59,921 nt of DNA from a virus (taxonomy: Duplodnaviria > Caudoviricetes): positions 1 to 59,921 of the IMG/VR virus record IMGVR_UViG_3300037071_000511. One strand, written 5' to 3'. The notes beneath the pieces were generated by a model. The model was not told the origin of the DNA. It made no database searches and saw only the letters and a program-made list of their open reading frames with translations. Below are positions 20,050 through 28,727 of this stretch, piece by piece (position 1 is the first letter of the stretch; every line of letters starts with the position of its first letter). Made by a program: the position numbers and the translations under genes.

Positions 20050-20141
20050 GCCTGCCCCCTTGGTGAGGCTCCCGGCCGCCCGGTCGTCTTAGCGGGGGGC
20101 TGCGAATGGCCGAGAGCGGATGGGGAGCCTCGGCGCGGACC

Positions 20142-20237
20142 CTACCAGAACAGCACCCACACCACAAAGCCCAGCGCCAGCCAGAACAGCACGCTCGCCA
20201 ACAACCAGCCCCATAGGCTGCGCGAGGTCAGGCTCAT
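20142..20237 (-). CDS. Tiny membrane peptide
   Basis: MSLTSRSLWGWLLASVLFWLALGFVVWVLFW; TGATG coupling. Confidence 0.45.
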   Translation of the reverse strand: MSLTSRSLWGWLLASVLFWLALGFVVWVLFW

Positions 20238-20737
20238 CAAAACACCACATCCGCTATCAGGTCGTCCATCGTCAGCAGCGCACCATTCGGCACCCAGTAG
20301 GCCGGGCGTCCATTCGGCTTGGCCGGGTTGCACTCGCCGTACCAGTCCTGCCGCTTGATGTCGCGCCCCTGCATCCAGCCCGCCAGCGTCACGATCGGCA
20401 GCTTCTTGGCGACGACATGCGCCAGAATGTACCGCAGATCGTCCGGGTCGTCGTCGTGCGCCCAGAGCCGCTTGTAGGCCGCGTCGGTCGAGCGCACCTC
20501 GAACCTACCGCCGACGTCGATCACCCCAAACTCGGTGGCGTGCCAGTACACGTTGAAGTGCTTGGCCACCGCCATCTCCCCGATACAGCCCATCCAGTGC
20601 TTGTCGAGCCCGAGCCCGCCATCCTGCTCCGCACCGTGCGCGTCCTCGCGTCGACGCTGGATGTTGGCCACGCTACGCTGCAGCGCCGCCTCACCTGCCC
20701 GGTAGACCTCGCCCCATGACAGGTGAACCTCGATCAT
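20237..20737 (-). CDS. Hypothetical protein, possible PD-(D/E)xK nuclease fold
   Basis: G..GE.AVAK, D-V...EVRST pattern. Confidence 0.55.
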   Translation of the reverse strand: MIEVHLSWGEVYRAGEAALQRSVANIQRRREDAHGAEQDGGLGLDKHWMGCIGEMAVAKHFNVYWHATEFGVIDVGGRFEVRSTDAAYKRLWAHDDDPDDLRYILAHVVAKKLPIVTLAGWMQGRDIKRQDWYGECNPAKPNGRPAYWVPNGALLTMDDLIADVVF

Positions 20738-20943
20738 CGCTTGAGGCTCCACCCCTTCCACCACCAATGCCCGGCATCGAACTCGTAATGGCCGCGATCG
20801 ATCTCGCGCCATTCCAGTGGCGGCACATCCTGCCGGATGACCGGCCGCTCCATCCGCGCCATCTGGATGACCGGCTCGATCGACGCGAGGCGCAGGCCCT
20901 TCTTCGGCCCGCCGATTGCATAGCCTACGTACCCGCTAGCCAT
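20734..20943 (-). CDS. Hypothetical protein
   Basis: MASGYVG start, coupled to neighbours. Confidence 0.5.
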   Translation of the reverse strand: MASGYVGYAIGGPKKGLRLASIEPVIQMARMERPVIRQDVPPLEWREIDRGHYEFDAGHWWWKGWSLKR

Positions 20944-21137
20944 CACCTGATCCTCGTCGCCTTCTCCCACATCTGCAGCAACTCGCCATTCAGCGTCTCG
21001 GCCACCACCAGCGCCGTCGCGCGGTTGCCGAAGCCCTCGACGCTGCGCTCCGTGCCGAGCGGCATCTTGCGCCACACATGCCAGCGCCGCTCGTACAGGA
21101 TCGGCTGCCAGAGCGGGATGTCGATCGTGTGCTTCAC
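20943..21137 (-). CDS. Hypothetical protein
   Basis: GTG start via GTGA overlap. Confidence 0.45.
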   Translation of the reverse strand: MKHTIDIPLWQPILYERRWHVWRKMPLGTERSVEGFGNRATALVVAETLNGELLQMWEKATRIR

Positions 21138-21457
21138 TGCAGCGGGCGATGGCCGTTGAGTGACGTCACGTTGGCGGCATTCTTGACGGCCTGCGCGTCG
21201 GCTCGCTTCTTGGCTTCCTCCTCCTCGAACTTGCGCTTCTCGATGCGCCATTCCAGTTCGTTCTTCACCGTCCTGATGTCCTGCTCCAAGCAGACCCTCT
21301 GGTGCGCAAGCTCAAGGTCGGCCAGTTCCCGCTTCATGTGCTTGACATCCATCCCGTCGATCTGATCGCTGGCCTCCCAGTCCGTGCCGAACTCATCCGC
21401 CCACTCGCGGTCACGCTGCCTGTTAGCTGCCCGGATCATGTCTGCCAACCTGTTCAT
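21134..21457 (-). CDS. Hypothetical coiled-coil protein
   Basis: GGAGG RBS right after the terL-N stop. Confidence 0.6.
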   Translation of the reverse strand: MNRLADMIRAANRQRDREWADEFGTDWEASDQIDGMDVKHMKRELADLELAHQRVCLEQDIRTVKNELEWRIEKRKFEEEEAKKRADAQAVKNAANVTSLNGHRPLQ

Positions 21458-21468
21458 CGTCACCTCCA

Positions 21469-22266
21469 TCACATGTGCCCCAGTGTCGCTCGATCGGTCG
21501 CAAGCTGGAATTGTAGTACGGTTTCGCTCATGCCTTCAAGTGGCGTAAAGGTCAGGAGTAGTACGCCTTGCGTCGTCATCAGGCGGATCAGGCACTCGCC
21601 GTACACGTCCATTGGGCATTCCTCATCGAGCCAGATGACGTGCTGGCTGGTGCCCTCGAACGAGCCGCGGCCCTGCTCGTAGCTCTTCATGCCGAGCGTG
21701 CTCCAGCCGCCGCTGACGTGGCGCACCTTGACCGTGTCGGTCAGGTCATCGACGCCGCGCTTCCATGTGACCCGGCCAATGAGGTTGCCGGGGACCATGC
21801 CGGTGCCCTGCAAGACCTTGCGTAGGCCGTCGTAAGCCACGGGGCCGAGCAGGGAGGCTTGGACGATGTCGCGGGTGGTTTCGTTGCGTCGTCCGCATGC
21901 CCAAGCCCTAACAGGGTGAGCAAAGCGCTTACCGCTCCACCACGCAGGATATAGACCTGTGAGGTGCGCCGTAAGCTCGAAGGAGCCGCATGTAGTCTTC
22001 CCGACGCGATTGGCTGCGAGAAAACATCGCTCCCTATACTGCGCCCCGGCTCCAAAGAACTCGATATGCTTAGGATAACGATCGCGGGCATAGATGAGTA
22101 TGGAACCGTCATTGCCCACGCGATCCGCGTCGGGGAATAGATCGAAGTATAGACGCTGCTTAAGCTTCTCGACCAGCGTCGACGTGAGCGCCGCCAGACG
22201 CGCCTGCGTCGGCAGCGACAGTCGCTGGACTTGATCCGCGTCCGGTAGGTCAATTAGCTCGCTCAT
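21469..22266 (-). CDS. terL: Terminase large subunit, N-terminal ATPase half (P22-like)
   Basis: Walker A AANRVGKT, HLTGLYP.WW.G.RF, Walker B VIWLDEE and coupling motif TFTP, then a stop shortly after. Confidence 0.9.
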   Translation of the reverse strand: MSELIDLPDADQVQRLSLPTQARLAALTSTLVEKLKQRLYFDLFPDADRVGNDGSILIYARDRYPKHIEFFGAGAQYRERCFLAANRVGKTTCGSFELTAHLTGLYPAWWSGKRFAHPVRAWACGRRNETTRDIVQASLLGPVAYDGLRKVLQGTGMVPGNLIGRVTWKRGVDDLTDTVKVRHVSGGWSTLGMKSYEQGRGSFEGTSQHVIWLDEECPMDVYGECLIRLMTTQGVLLLTFTPLEGMSETVLQFQLATDRATLGHM

Positions 22267-22501
22267 GGCGACTGCTGATGATGCCATCGAGATATCCCGC
22301 ATCGCTGGCTTCCCGGCACAGCATCCTCATCAGGTTGCGGAACTTGGGATCGCTCCAGCTTACGGACACGCCGAGCAGGACCACGAAGTCATCCGGCACC
22401 TCGCCCATGTCGTGCTCCGGGCAGCGCACGATCGGCGTGCCATCGCGGATGATGAGCAGCATGTCGCTGTCGATTGGCAAGATCGCCTCGCCCTCCGACA
22501 C
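22250..22501 (-). CDS. Hypothetical protein between terS and terL-N
   Basis: 83-aa ORF overlapping the terL-N start. Confidence 0.5.
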   Translation of the reverse strand: MSEGEAILPIDSDMLLIIRDGTPIVRCPEHDMGEVPDDFVVLLGVSVSWSDPKFRNLMRMLCREASDAGYLDGIISSRHERAN

Positions 22502-22512
22502 ATGGTCGACGC

Positions 22513-22944
22513 TCAGTGCTGGACGCCCGGCTTCAGGCTGCGGGCCTCTGCGGTGATTGCGGCGATCTCGAATCGGAGTTCCTCCTCGGTCATCGTGGCA
22601 TAGCTGTGTGTTACGTTAACCGTGGATTTCTCAACAAACAAGCCGTAGAGCTTCGCCTTGGAGTTCGAGGCAGCATGCGCCGCGCTCATTTGCTTCATCT
22701 CGATCGCCAACCTGCGATCCTCATCGAACTGCGCGGCCATCGACTCGACCGTCACCTCGACCTTGTTGAGCGCGGCGATGTGCAGTTCCTTCAGGCGATT
22801 CTGGACCCCGACATTTCTTGACAACCGCGAGGCCGCGCCGGGATCAGGCTTGTAGCCAGCGAGCCTGTATGCCTCCTCCTGCGACTTCCCCTTGAAGCGC
22901 AACTGGCAGAACTTTTCGTGCTTAGGATTCGACAGGGCGGTCAA
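22513..22944 (-). CDS. terS: Terminase small subunit
   Basis: L.NPKHEKFC...G.SQ..AY..AGY.....ASRL HTH and AKL.GLF; upstream of terL-N. Confidence 0.8.
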   Translation of the reverse strand: MTALSNPKHEKFCQLRFKGKSQEEAYRLAGYKPDPGAASRLSRNVGVQNRLKELHIAALNKVEVTVESMAAQFDEDRRLAIEMKQMSAAHAASNSKAKLYGLFVEKSTVNVTHSYATMTEEELRFEIAAITAEARSLKPGVQH

Positions 22945-23485
22945 AATATCCTCGCTTGATGTCCAGCATCACCTGCAGGAACTGAGCTTTGACCAGCAAA
23001 CGTAACAGCTTGCGCTCGATTGGCCAATCATCGGCCGGTTCAACCAGCCTGTTGATGGCTTCTGACGCCTTGTCGAGCGTCTCAGCGTAGCGTCCGCGAG
23101 AGCCGGGCAGGATGTTGGTCAGGCTGGCAAAGCCGTAGTGCCTGATGCGTTCGAGTTCGATCCTGCAGGCCTCGCGTTCGTACAATCCATTGGCGACGTG
23201 AGTGCGGATCACCTTGAGCCCGGCGGCCTTGATCGAGCGGATGACTGCCATCTTGTTTGGATTGCCCCCGGACAGGGTGTTGCAGTCACGCTTGCCGCTG
23301 CCCTTGCCGACGTAGAACACGCAGGCGGTGCGAGGATCGACAAGCTCGTAGACATAGAAACGCCCCGGCGCTGGGGGAGCGGCCGAGGCGTCATTGGGGC
23401 CGACGACGTCCGTCGATGAGGGGGAAAGAACCGGGACGTCGAGGGTGGGCGCGATGAAGATGGGCGTAGGAAGGGACTGGGTCAA
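22922..23485 (-). CDS. GIY-YIG (LEM-3-like) endonuclease
   Basis: FYVYELVDPR...FYVGKG...R, conserved E and LTN; true start uncertain. Confidence 0.75.
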   Translation of the reverse strand: MTQSLPTPIFIAPTLDVPVLSPSSTDVVGPNDASAAPPAPGRFYVYELVDPRTACVFYVGKGSGKRDCNTLSGGNPNKMAVIRSIKAAGLKVIRTHVANGLYEREACRIELERIRHYGFASLTNILPGSRGRYAETLDKASEAINRLVEPADDWPIERKLLRLLVKAQFLQVMLDIKRGYFDRPVES

Positions 23486-23490
23486 GATGG

Positions 23491-23742
23491 CTAGACCTGT
23501 TCATGTGCTCTAACGAGGGCGGCTGTAGCGTCCTTCCATTTCCTATCCTCCCGCTCATATCCGATTTCGGGCAGACCATCGCGCAGAACAGCGATGTAGA
23601 CCACCCGTGGATCGATTGCTGCGAACACGCCAATGCAAATCTGCATGTTGGGTGTGCTGCCGTCCTTCACATCGAGCAGGCCAGCGTTTTCGGTAAAGTC
23701 GTAGCGGATGATGGCAGCGAAGTGATCTTGGTTATCGTTCAT
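23491..23742 (-). CDS. Hypothetical protein
   Basis: GGAGGA RBS before MNDNQ. Confidence 0.55.
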   Translation of the reverse strand: MNDNQDHFAAIIRYDFTENAGLLDVKDGSTPNMQICIGVFAAIDPRVVYIAVLRDGLPEIGYEREDRKWKDATAALVRAHEQV

Positions 23743-23756
23743 AGGTTCCTCCCATG

Positions 23757-23980
23757 TTGCCGTACCGGACTGAATGCCACCGGAACCTACCCACCCCGCC
23801 CCCCTACATACTCCGTATGGGGGTCCGGCAACGGGTGTGTGCGGTGTTGGTTTTGCCGTACCCATTGCCGGGCCTGTGCCGGGCCTGTGCCGGGCCCAAC
23901 TCAACCTGTATGAAGTCCGGCATTTCCATTCTCAATCCTTGATACACACGTCGGACCCATTTCCGGGCTCTTGCCGGACC
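23757..23980. repeat. Cluster of TTGCCG(G/T)(A/G)CC-like repeats incl. tandem TGCCGGGCCTG; candidate replication origin
   Basis: Tandem 11-mer at 23866-23897; related copies near 23757, 23822 (inverted), 23853 and 23971. Confidence 0.5.
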
Positions 23981-23984
23981 CAAA

Positions 23985-25292
23985 TCAGGTGACAACGCTG
24001 AGTCCGACACGGTCGCTATAGAATTGAGTTCGTTCACGTTTTGCGGTGAAGCCGTCGATGACGTAGATGCTCTTGGTTCTCACCCATGTTCCAAGGTAGG
24101 TGCGGATGTTGGCGCGATTGGTTGCCTGCTCCTTCGAGCGCTGCTTGGCAGCAATGCCGCGGCCGATATCCCAGCCCAGCACATCGGCAACGGCGTAGCC
24201 GCCCCAGTCGACTGATTGTTCGTTGACGCGCCAGCTACCCTTGGCGAACTTCTCCTTCACCCGGTCGACGTCGCTGACAGTGATGCGATCGAAAGCGCTT
24301 TGGATTTCGGCCTTCACGAATCGGCCCTGCTTCCACTTCAATTCCCAGCGGATGCTGCCAGCCTTGGCGTAGTTGGCCTTCATGACCTCGAAGATGCGAT
24401 CGTCATCGCCAGCGTCTGCACTATCTGGCTTGTGGAAGTATGGCCGCACCCGCACCGAATTGTTCCACCCGGTCGAGCCGCTCTCGCCTGTACCCTTGTC
24501 TCGCCCGGACAGGCTTGGATGGCCGAGCAGGATGATGATGCAATCGTATTTCAGGCAGAGCCCGCGCAGCAGGGTGATGAACTGCTTGGCATGGGTGCGA
24601 TTGTTCTCGTTGCCAGAGAACACGTCAGCCAGATTGTCGATGATGAGCAGTGCTGGCCGGTAGAGATCGAGCGTGACGCACAGGCGATGGTAGACTGCTG
24701 TTGGCTGCAGCCGCTTGTTGCGATCCTCGACGGCAAGCACGGTGTCTTGCCCCACCATGTCGAGGATGGTGAGTCCTTCAGCCAGATCGAGATCGATGCC
24801 ATCAGCATCACAGATTTCATTCAACCTATTGGTGATTTCCTGTCGGTCATCCTCTGCGGAGAGGTACACAACCGGGCCTTGCAACACGTCGACACTGAGC
24901 CACTGGGTCGCAGTCGTGCAGGCAAGCGCAAGTTGCAGGATCAGCAGGCTCTTGCCGATCGCGCCATCGCCCATGAACAGGGCGACGTTGCGCACCGGGA
25001 AGATTTCGGAGACATCGAGGAACTCGCGTGGCTTCTGCTTGCCCTTGAGCGTGGCAGCACTGATGCCGGTGAGCGGCTCTGGCTTTGGTGGCTCTCTGTG
25101 GCCATTGGGCTTGGGCGGTTCGTGGAATGTTCGTGCGTGCTCTTCCTCGATCCGCTCGTAGTAGGCCCTGACTTCGTCGGATTCCTCGAAGCTGGTGTCA
25201 TCAAACCCAGCGTCTGCGCGCATCTGGCGGGATTCGGCGAGGAGCCGGGCAATTTCTTCGGGTGTCGGCAAATTTCCGGGTGCGTCACTCAT
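23985..25292 (-). CDS. AAA_25 / RepA-like replicative helicase
   Basis: Walker A GDGAIGKS, YLSAED, Walker B LLIIDNL, GNEN, GH...G and SGSTGW.NSVR. Confidence 0.85.
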   Translation of the reverse strand: MSDAPGNLPTPEEIARLLAESRQMRADAGFDDTSFEESDEVRAYYERIEEEHARTFHEPPKPNGHREPPKPEPLTGISAATLKGKQKPREFLDVSEIFPVRNVALFMGDGAIGKSLLILQLALACTTATQWLSVDVLQGPVVYLSAEDDRQEITNRLNEICDADGIDLDLAEGLTILDMVGQDTVLAVEDRNKRLQPTAVYHRLCVTLDLYRPALLIIDNLADVFSGNENNRTHAKQFITLLRGLCLKYDCIIILLGHPSLSGRDKGTGESGSTGWNNSVRVRPYFHKPDSADAGDDDRIFEVMKANYAKAGSIRWELKWKQGRFVKAEIQSAFDRITVSDVDRVKEKFAKGSWRVNEQSVDWGGYAVADVLGWDIGRGIAAKQRSKEQATNRANIRTYLGTWVRTKSIYVIDGFTAKRERTQFYSDRVGLSVVT

Positions 25293-25450
25293 GACACACC
25301 TGACCCGTTGAATCTCAGGGGCTTTCCGCTATTGTGACAGCACACTGGTGATCCTTTCTGACCCTTCGCATGGTAGGCAGGCACGGTGTGAGGGATGAAT
25401 ACAGGGCTCGGCGCGCGATCAACGCCCGAGCCCTTCTATCTTTAGCCACC

Positions 25451-25867
25451 TCAGAAATGAATGCGAGTCGAAATCGCGCCCCACTCCGTCAGAATCTTCT
25501 CAGCTTCCTTGACCGATCGCGCCACCCGGTGCGGCACGCCGCGCAGGTGCATCTGGGTGGCGAAAGTCCATTGCGCCTCGCTCAACTTGCCCTTTTCCTG
25601 CTTGAGTTCGAGCCAGTAATGCACGCCTGTCGGGCCGACGAGCACCAGATCGGACCAGCCCGGCTGCAGCCCGGCCCGCTTGAGGCGCGCACCTGTCTCG
25701 TCGGTTCGTAGCTCTCCCGCCGGGAAGTGGTTCCATAGCCAGCCCGGCGCGCAGCCTACCCGCAGAAGATCAGCGACGGCGCATTGAATCTGGAACTCGC
25801 TAGGCCCGGGAGCCTTTGTTCCCTTTTGCCGCTTGCCCTTGAGTAGATCGAGTTGGCGCTCTTCCAT
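25451..25867 (-). CDS. VRR-NUC domain nuclease
   Basis: SE..IQ, G...G..DL and LELK...GKLS..Q motifs. Confidence 0.8.
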   Translation of the reverse strand: MEERQLDLLKGKRQKGTKAPGPSEFQIQCAVADLLRVGCAPGWLWNHFPAGELRTDETGARLKRAGLQPGWSDLVLVGPTGVHYWLELKQEKGKLSEAQWTFATQMHLRGVPHRVARSVKEAEKILTEWGAISTRIHF

Positions 25868-26222
25868 TTTGATTCTTCCCCATGTCGAGCTTTTATAGTA
25901 CGACAGCCGAACGGGTGGAAGAATCAAGTGGAAGGAAAAGCCAGATGGCCATTGTCGCAGCGATCGATCCCACGGAAGGCCGCCGCAAGCTCGCGGACCC
26001 AGTCCTGCCCAAGGCACCACCGGCAACCAACCCGTCGCCAATGGCCGCGGGCCTTGTCGCAGGTGGAGCCCCACTCGCCGCCCCGGGCGCTGTCGCGCGC
26101 AACCCGGCGGCAACGGCCGCAATGACCCGCACCAAGCTATTGGCTGCAGGCATGCCAGACCTGATGCAGCAACGGGAGCGGAACGCGCTGCGCGGCTTCG
26201 GAACGGCGCTGGCACGTCCTCT

Positions 26223-26582
26223 ATGAGTCAGCCGGGGGGCAAGCTGGTCGACTGCGCGCCGATCATCATCAACACGCCGCACCTGATCGCGCCGCTGCTC
26301 AACTACGATCACCCCGGTGCCGTGCTGGTGATCTACATGGCGCAGCGCTGGTCGGTGAACCGGATCAACCGGGCCGAGCTTCGCCGGGTGGTCAAGCTGG
26401 ACGGCAAAGAGCCGCGCTTCGCAGCCTCGTTCGAGTGGCTGCTTCTCAGGATCAACGACACCCTGCCGCTGACCGGCTGGGTCATTGACGAGGAGCGTGA
26501 GCGCTACCGGCTCGAACCCATCAGCCAGAGGCACCACGAACGACTGGTGCGCAGATACAGTCGCCTACAGGGGCGTGGATAG
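26223..26582 (+). CDS. Hypothetical protein
   Basis: 119 aa, phage-typical codon use. Confidence 0.55.
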   Translation: MSQPGGKLVDCAPIIINTPHLIAPLLNYDHPGAVLVIYMAQRWSVNRINRAELRRVVKLDGKEPRFAASFEWLLLRINDTLPLTGWVIDEERERYRLEPISQRHHERLVRRYSRLQGRG

Positions 26583-26602
26583 AAACAATGCAAGGAGATG
26601 AC

Positions 26603-26986
26603 ATGAACAAGCCAACGACAGACAACGACTTCGAGACGGCGGTCGAGGTGGCGCTGGACGGCATGCAGACCGCGACAAACCCCCAGCCGCTGCATGCGCA
26701 GGGCGAGCAAGTCAATTACGAAAAACCCCCGACGAATTTTTCGTCAAACCGCGACCTGATCGAGAAGACCCGGGTGCTGTTCGCCAAGCAACTGGAATCG
26801 CTGCAAGTGCGCATCGACGCGGTCAACGAAGAGATCGCCCGGTCGATCAAGGCGCGCGACGAGGCGGTGACGATGGCCGAGAACCAGCACAGGGATCGCA
26901 TGCGGGAGCATGAGCGCGACCTGTACCAGATCAAGACGCTGCGCGCCGCGGTCGAACTGGCGGTGGCGGCGCTGGGCTATGAGTAG
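26603..26986 (+). CDS. Coiled-coil protein
   Basis: AAGGAG RBS before MNKPTT. Confidence 0.6.
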   Translation: MNKPTTDNDFETAVEVALDGMQTATNPQPLHAQGEQVNYEKPPTNFSSNRDLIEKTRVLFAKQLESLQVRIDAVNEEIARSIKARDEAVTMAENQHRDRMREHERDLYQIKTLRAAVELAVAALGYE

Positions 26987-27596
26987 GTTCATCGTCAGGC
27001 CGATCTTCAAGCAACCCAACGGCTACTGGTGGGCCTACAGCTTCGTGCGGGCGAACACTGTCTACTCGCTGAACACCCGCGACATGAGCAAGGCGCAGGC
27101 CGCGTACAACGAACAACTGGACAGGCTGCGCCGGTATGCCGGTAGCATCGACCCGGCCGACGCAGGCATGGAAGCCGAAAGCCAATGCGCCGAATGGCCG
27201 CGCTGCGCTTGTGGCCGGGGTGGACCTGATTTGTGCTGCGAGTGCATTTCGCAGGAAACCTGTAACTGCGTTAGCCCGGATGCCTATGGCAGAAAGCACG
27301 ACGCTGACCCGGCCGACGCAGGCATGGACAACCCGCCAGAGCCGGAAGTCGAGGTGCTGGACCGGCGACTGATCCTTGCATGGAAAACGATAGGCGAGCT
27401 TCAACAGCGCGTGGAAGAGTTAGGGCGGCAACGAGATCAGGCGATTGAAACGGCAATGCAATTACAGGATGCGGCAGCACGCGGGCGGGTACTGCGTGAG
27501 GCGCTGGAATGGATGGATCGCAAAGGCGGACTTGGATTGGATGTCCATGATCGCATCCGCGCCGCTCTCTCGGCCAGCAAGGAGGGCGGGGAATGA
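26979..27596 (+). CDS. Mosaic accessory protein (Ead/Ea22-like architecture)
   Basis: Internal direct repeats, Cys-rich insert, LREALE...RAAL tail. Confidence 0.5.
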   Translation: MSRFIVRPIFKQPNGYWWAYSFVRANTVYSLNTRDMSKAQAAYNEQLDRLRRYAGSIDPADAGMEAESQCAEWPRCACGRGGPDLCCECISQETCNCVSPDAYGRKHDADPADAGMDNPPEPEVEVLDRRLILAWKTIGELQQRVEELGRQRDQAIETAMQLQDAAARGRVLREALEWMDRKGGLGLDVHDRIRAALSASKEGGE

Positions 27597-27931
27597 GCGA
27601 CGTGGCGGAACTGATCGAGCGGCTGCGCGACTTTGAGATGGCGAACCACAGCCTGCACGAAGATTTGAGTGAGTTGCTGATAGACGCCGCATCTTGTCTC
27701 GCCGCGCTTCAACAGCGCGTGGAAGAGCTAGAGCAGATGGTCGCCACATTGCTTGCGGCTAAGCGCATCGTTGGTGCCGAGGCAGAGGCACGCGAGCGGG
27801 TACTGCGTGAGGCGCTGAACAGCTTGATTGAATGGCAGTACTACGTCACGAAGAAGGCGAAGGCCGACGATCTGCGGGAGTGGCATTCACGGCTCGCAGC
27901 CGCCCGCGCCGCTCTAGGGGAGAAGCCATGA
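27593..27931 (+). CDS. Ead/Ea22-like accessory protein
   Basis: LIERLR start; shares DNA repeats with the upstream gene. Confidence 0.55.
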   Translation: MSDVAELIERLRDFEMANHSLHEDLSELLIDAASCLAALQQRVEELEQMVATLLAAKRIVGAEAEARERVLREALNSLIEWQYYVTKKAKADDLREWHSRLAAARAALGEKP

Positions 27932-28548
27932 GCGAACTCCGCTCTGCCCGCGGCCTGTTCGCAGCCACCGGCAAGATCGCGCTGCCGATCGAGCGCATCC
28001 CGCAGGACTTCTATGCCACCCCGGCCGAGGTGACCCGGGCTCTGCTACGGGTGGAAGGCGATCGACTGGATTCCTTCCCGGTGATCTGGGAGCCAGCGGC
28101 CGGGACTGGCGCGATTGTCGAGGTGCTGAAGCGCAACCATTCTGTCGTGTTCTCCGACATCGCCGATCGAGGCTATCCCCACGTCCGGGTGCAATCGTTC
28201 TTCGACTACCGCGCACCACCGGCCTTGGCAATTGTCACCAATCCACCGTTCTCCGAGGTCAACTGGCGCGACGGCAAAGGCCGCTGGATCACCCATGCGC
28301 TGGACGTGCTCGACATCGAGTACATGGCGCTGCTGCTGCCGTGGACGTGGCCTGCGGCCGCCGGGCTGGGCGAAATATGGGAGAAGCATCCGCCAGCGAT
28401 CGTCTATTTGATGCGTTGGCGAATCGACTGGACCGAGCAGGGCGCACCGCCATCAAGTCACGCTTGGTTCATCTATGACAGGGGACACCGAGGGGAAACC
28501 ATCCTACGCATGTTGGACAGGGAGCCGAAACAGGGGAAACTGCTATGA
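27928..28548 (+). CDS. DNA amino-methyltransferase (probably N6-adenine)
   Basis: DFY.TP, motif I WEPAAG.G and motif IV TNPPF. Confidence 0.85.
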   Translation: MSELRSARGLFAATGKIALPIERIPQDFYATPAEVTRALLRVEGDRLDSFPVIWEPAAGTGAIVEVLKRNHSVVFSDIADRGYPHVRVQSFFDYRAPPALAIVTNPPFSEVNWRDGKGRWITHALDVLDIEYMALLLPWTWPAAAGLGEIWEKHPPAIVYLMRWRIDWTEQGAPPSSHAWFIYDRGHRGETILRMLDREPKQGKLL

Positions 28549-28727
28549 GCAACATGCTTGAGCATGCCCGAGATGAATATCGCCGCTTGCTGCGCCTGCC
28601 TCTGGGCGGCTGGGAACGGCATTACAATCAGGCGTATCTGGCCTTTCTCCGTGACTTCATTGCGGAGATGGAAGGTCGTGATCCGCAGGCCGTGCAGGAA
28701 GAGTACGAGGGGGCAGCGCAGCTATGA
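28545..28727 (+). CDS. Hypothetical protein
   Basis: 60 aa, ATGA-coupled on both sides. Confidence 0.55.
   Translation: MSNMLEHARDEYRRLLRLPLGGWERHYNQAYLAFLRDFIAEMEGRDPQAVQEEYEGAAQL

Noticed and set aside
10296-21468. Giant intron, intein or mobile element splitting terL
   Set aside because: No splicing motifs, transposase, integrase or terminal repeats seen; the block holds ordinary phage genes and both terL halves have their own start and stop.
25853-26226. Plus-strand ORFs at the divergence point
   Set aside because: Competing low-complexity frames; could not decide which, if any, is real.
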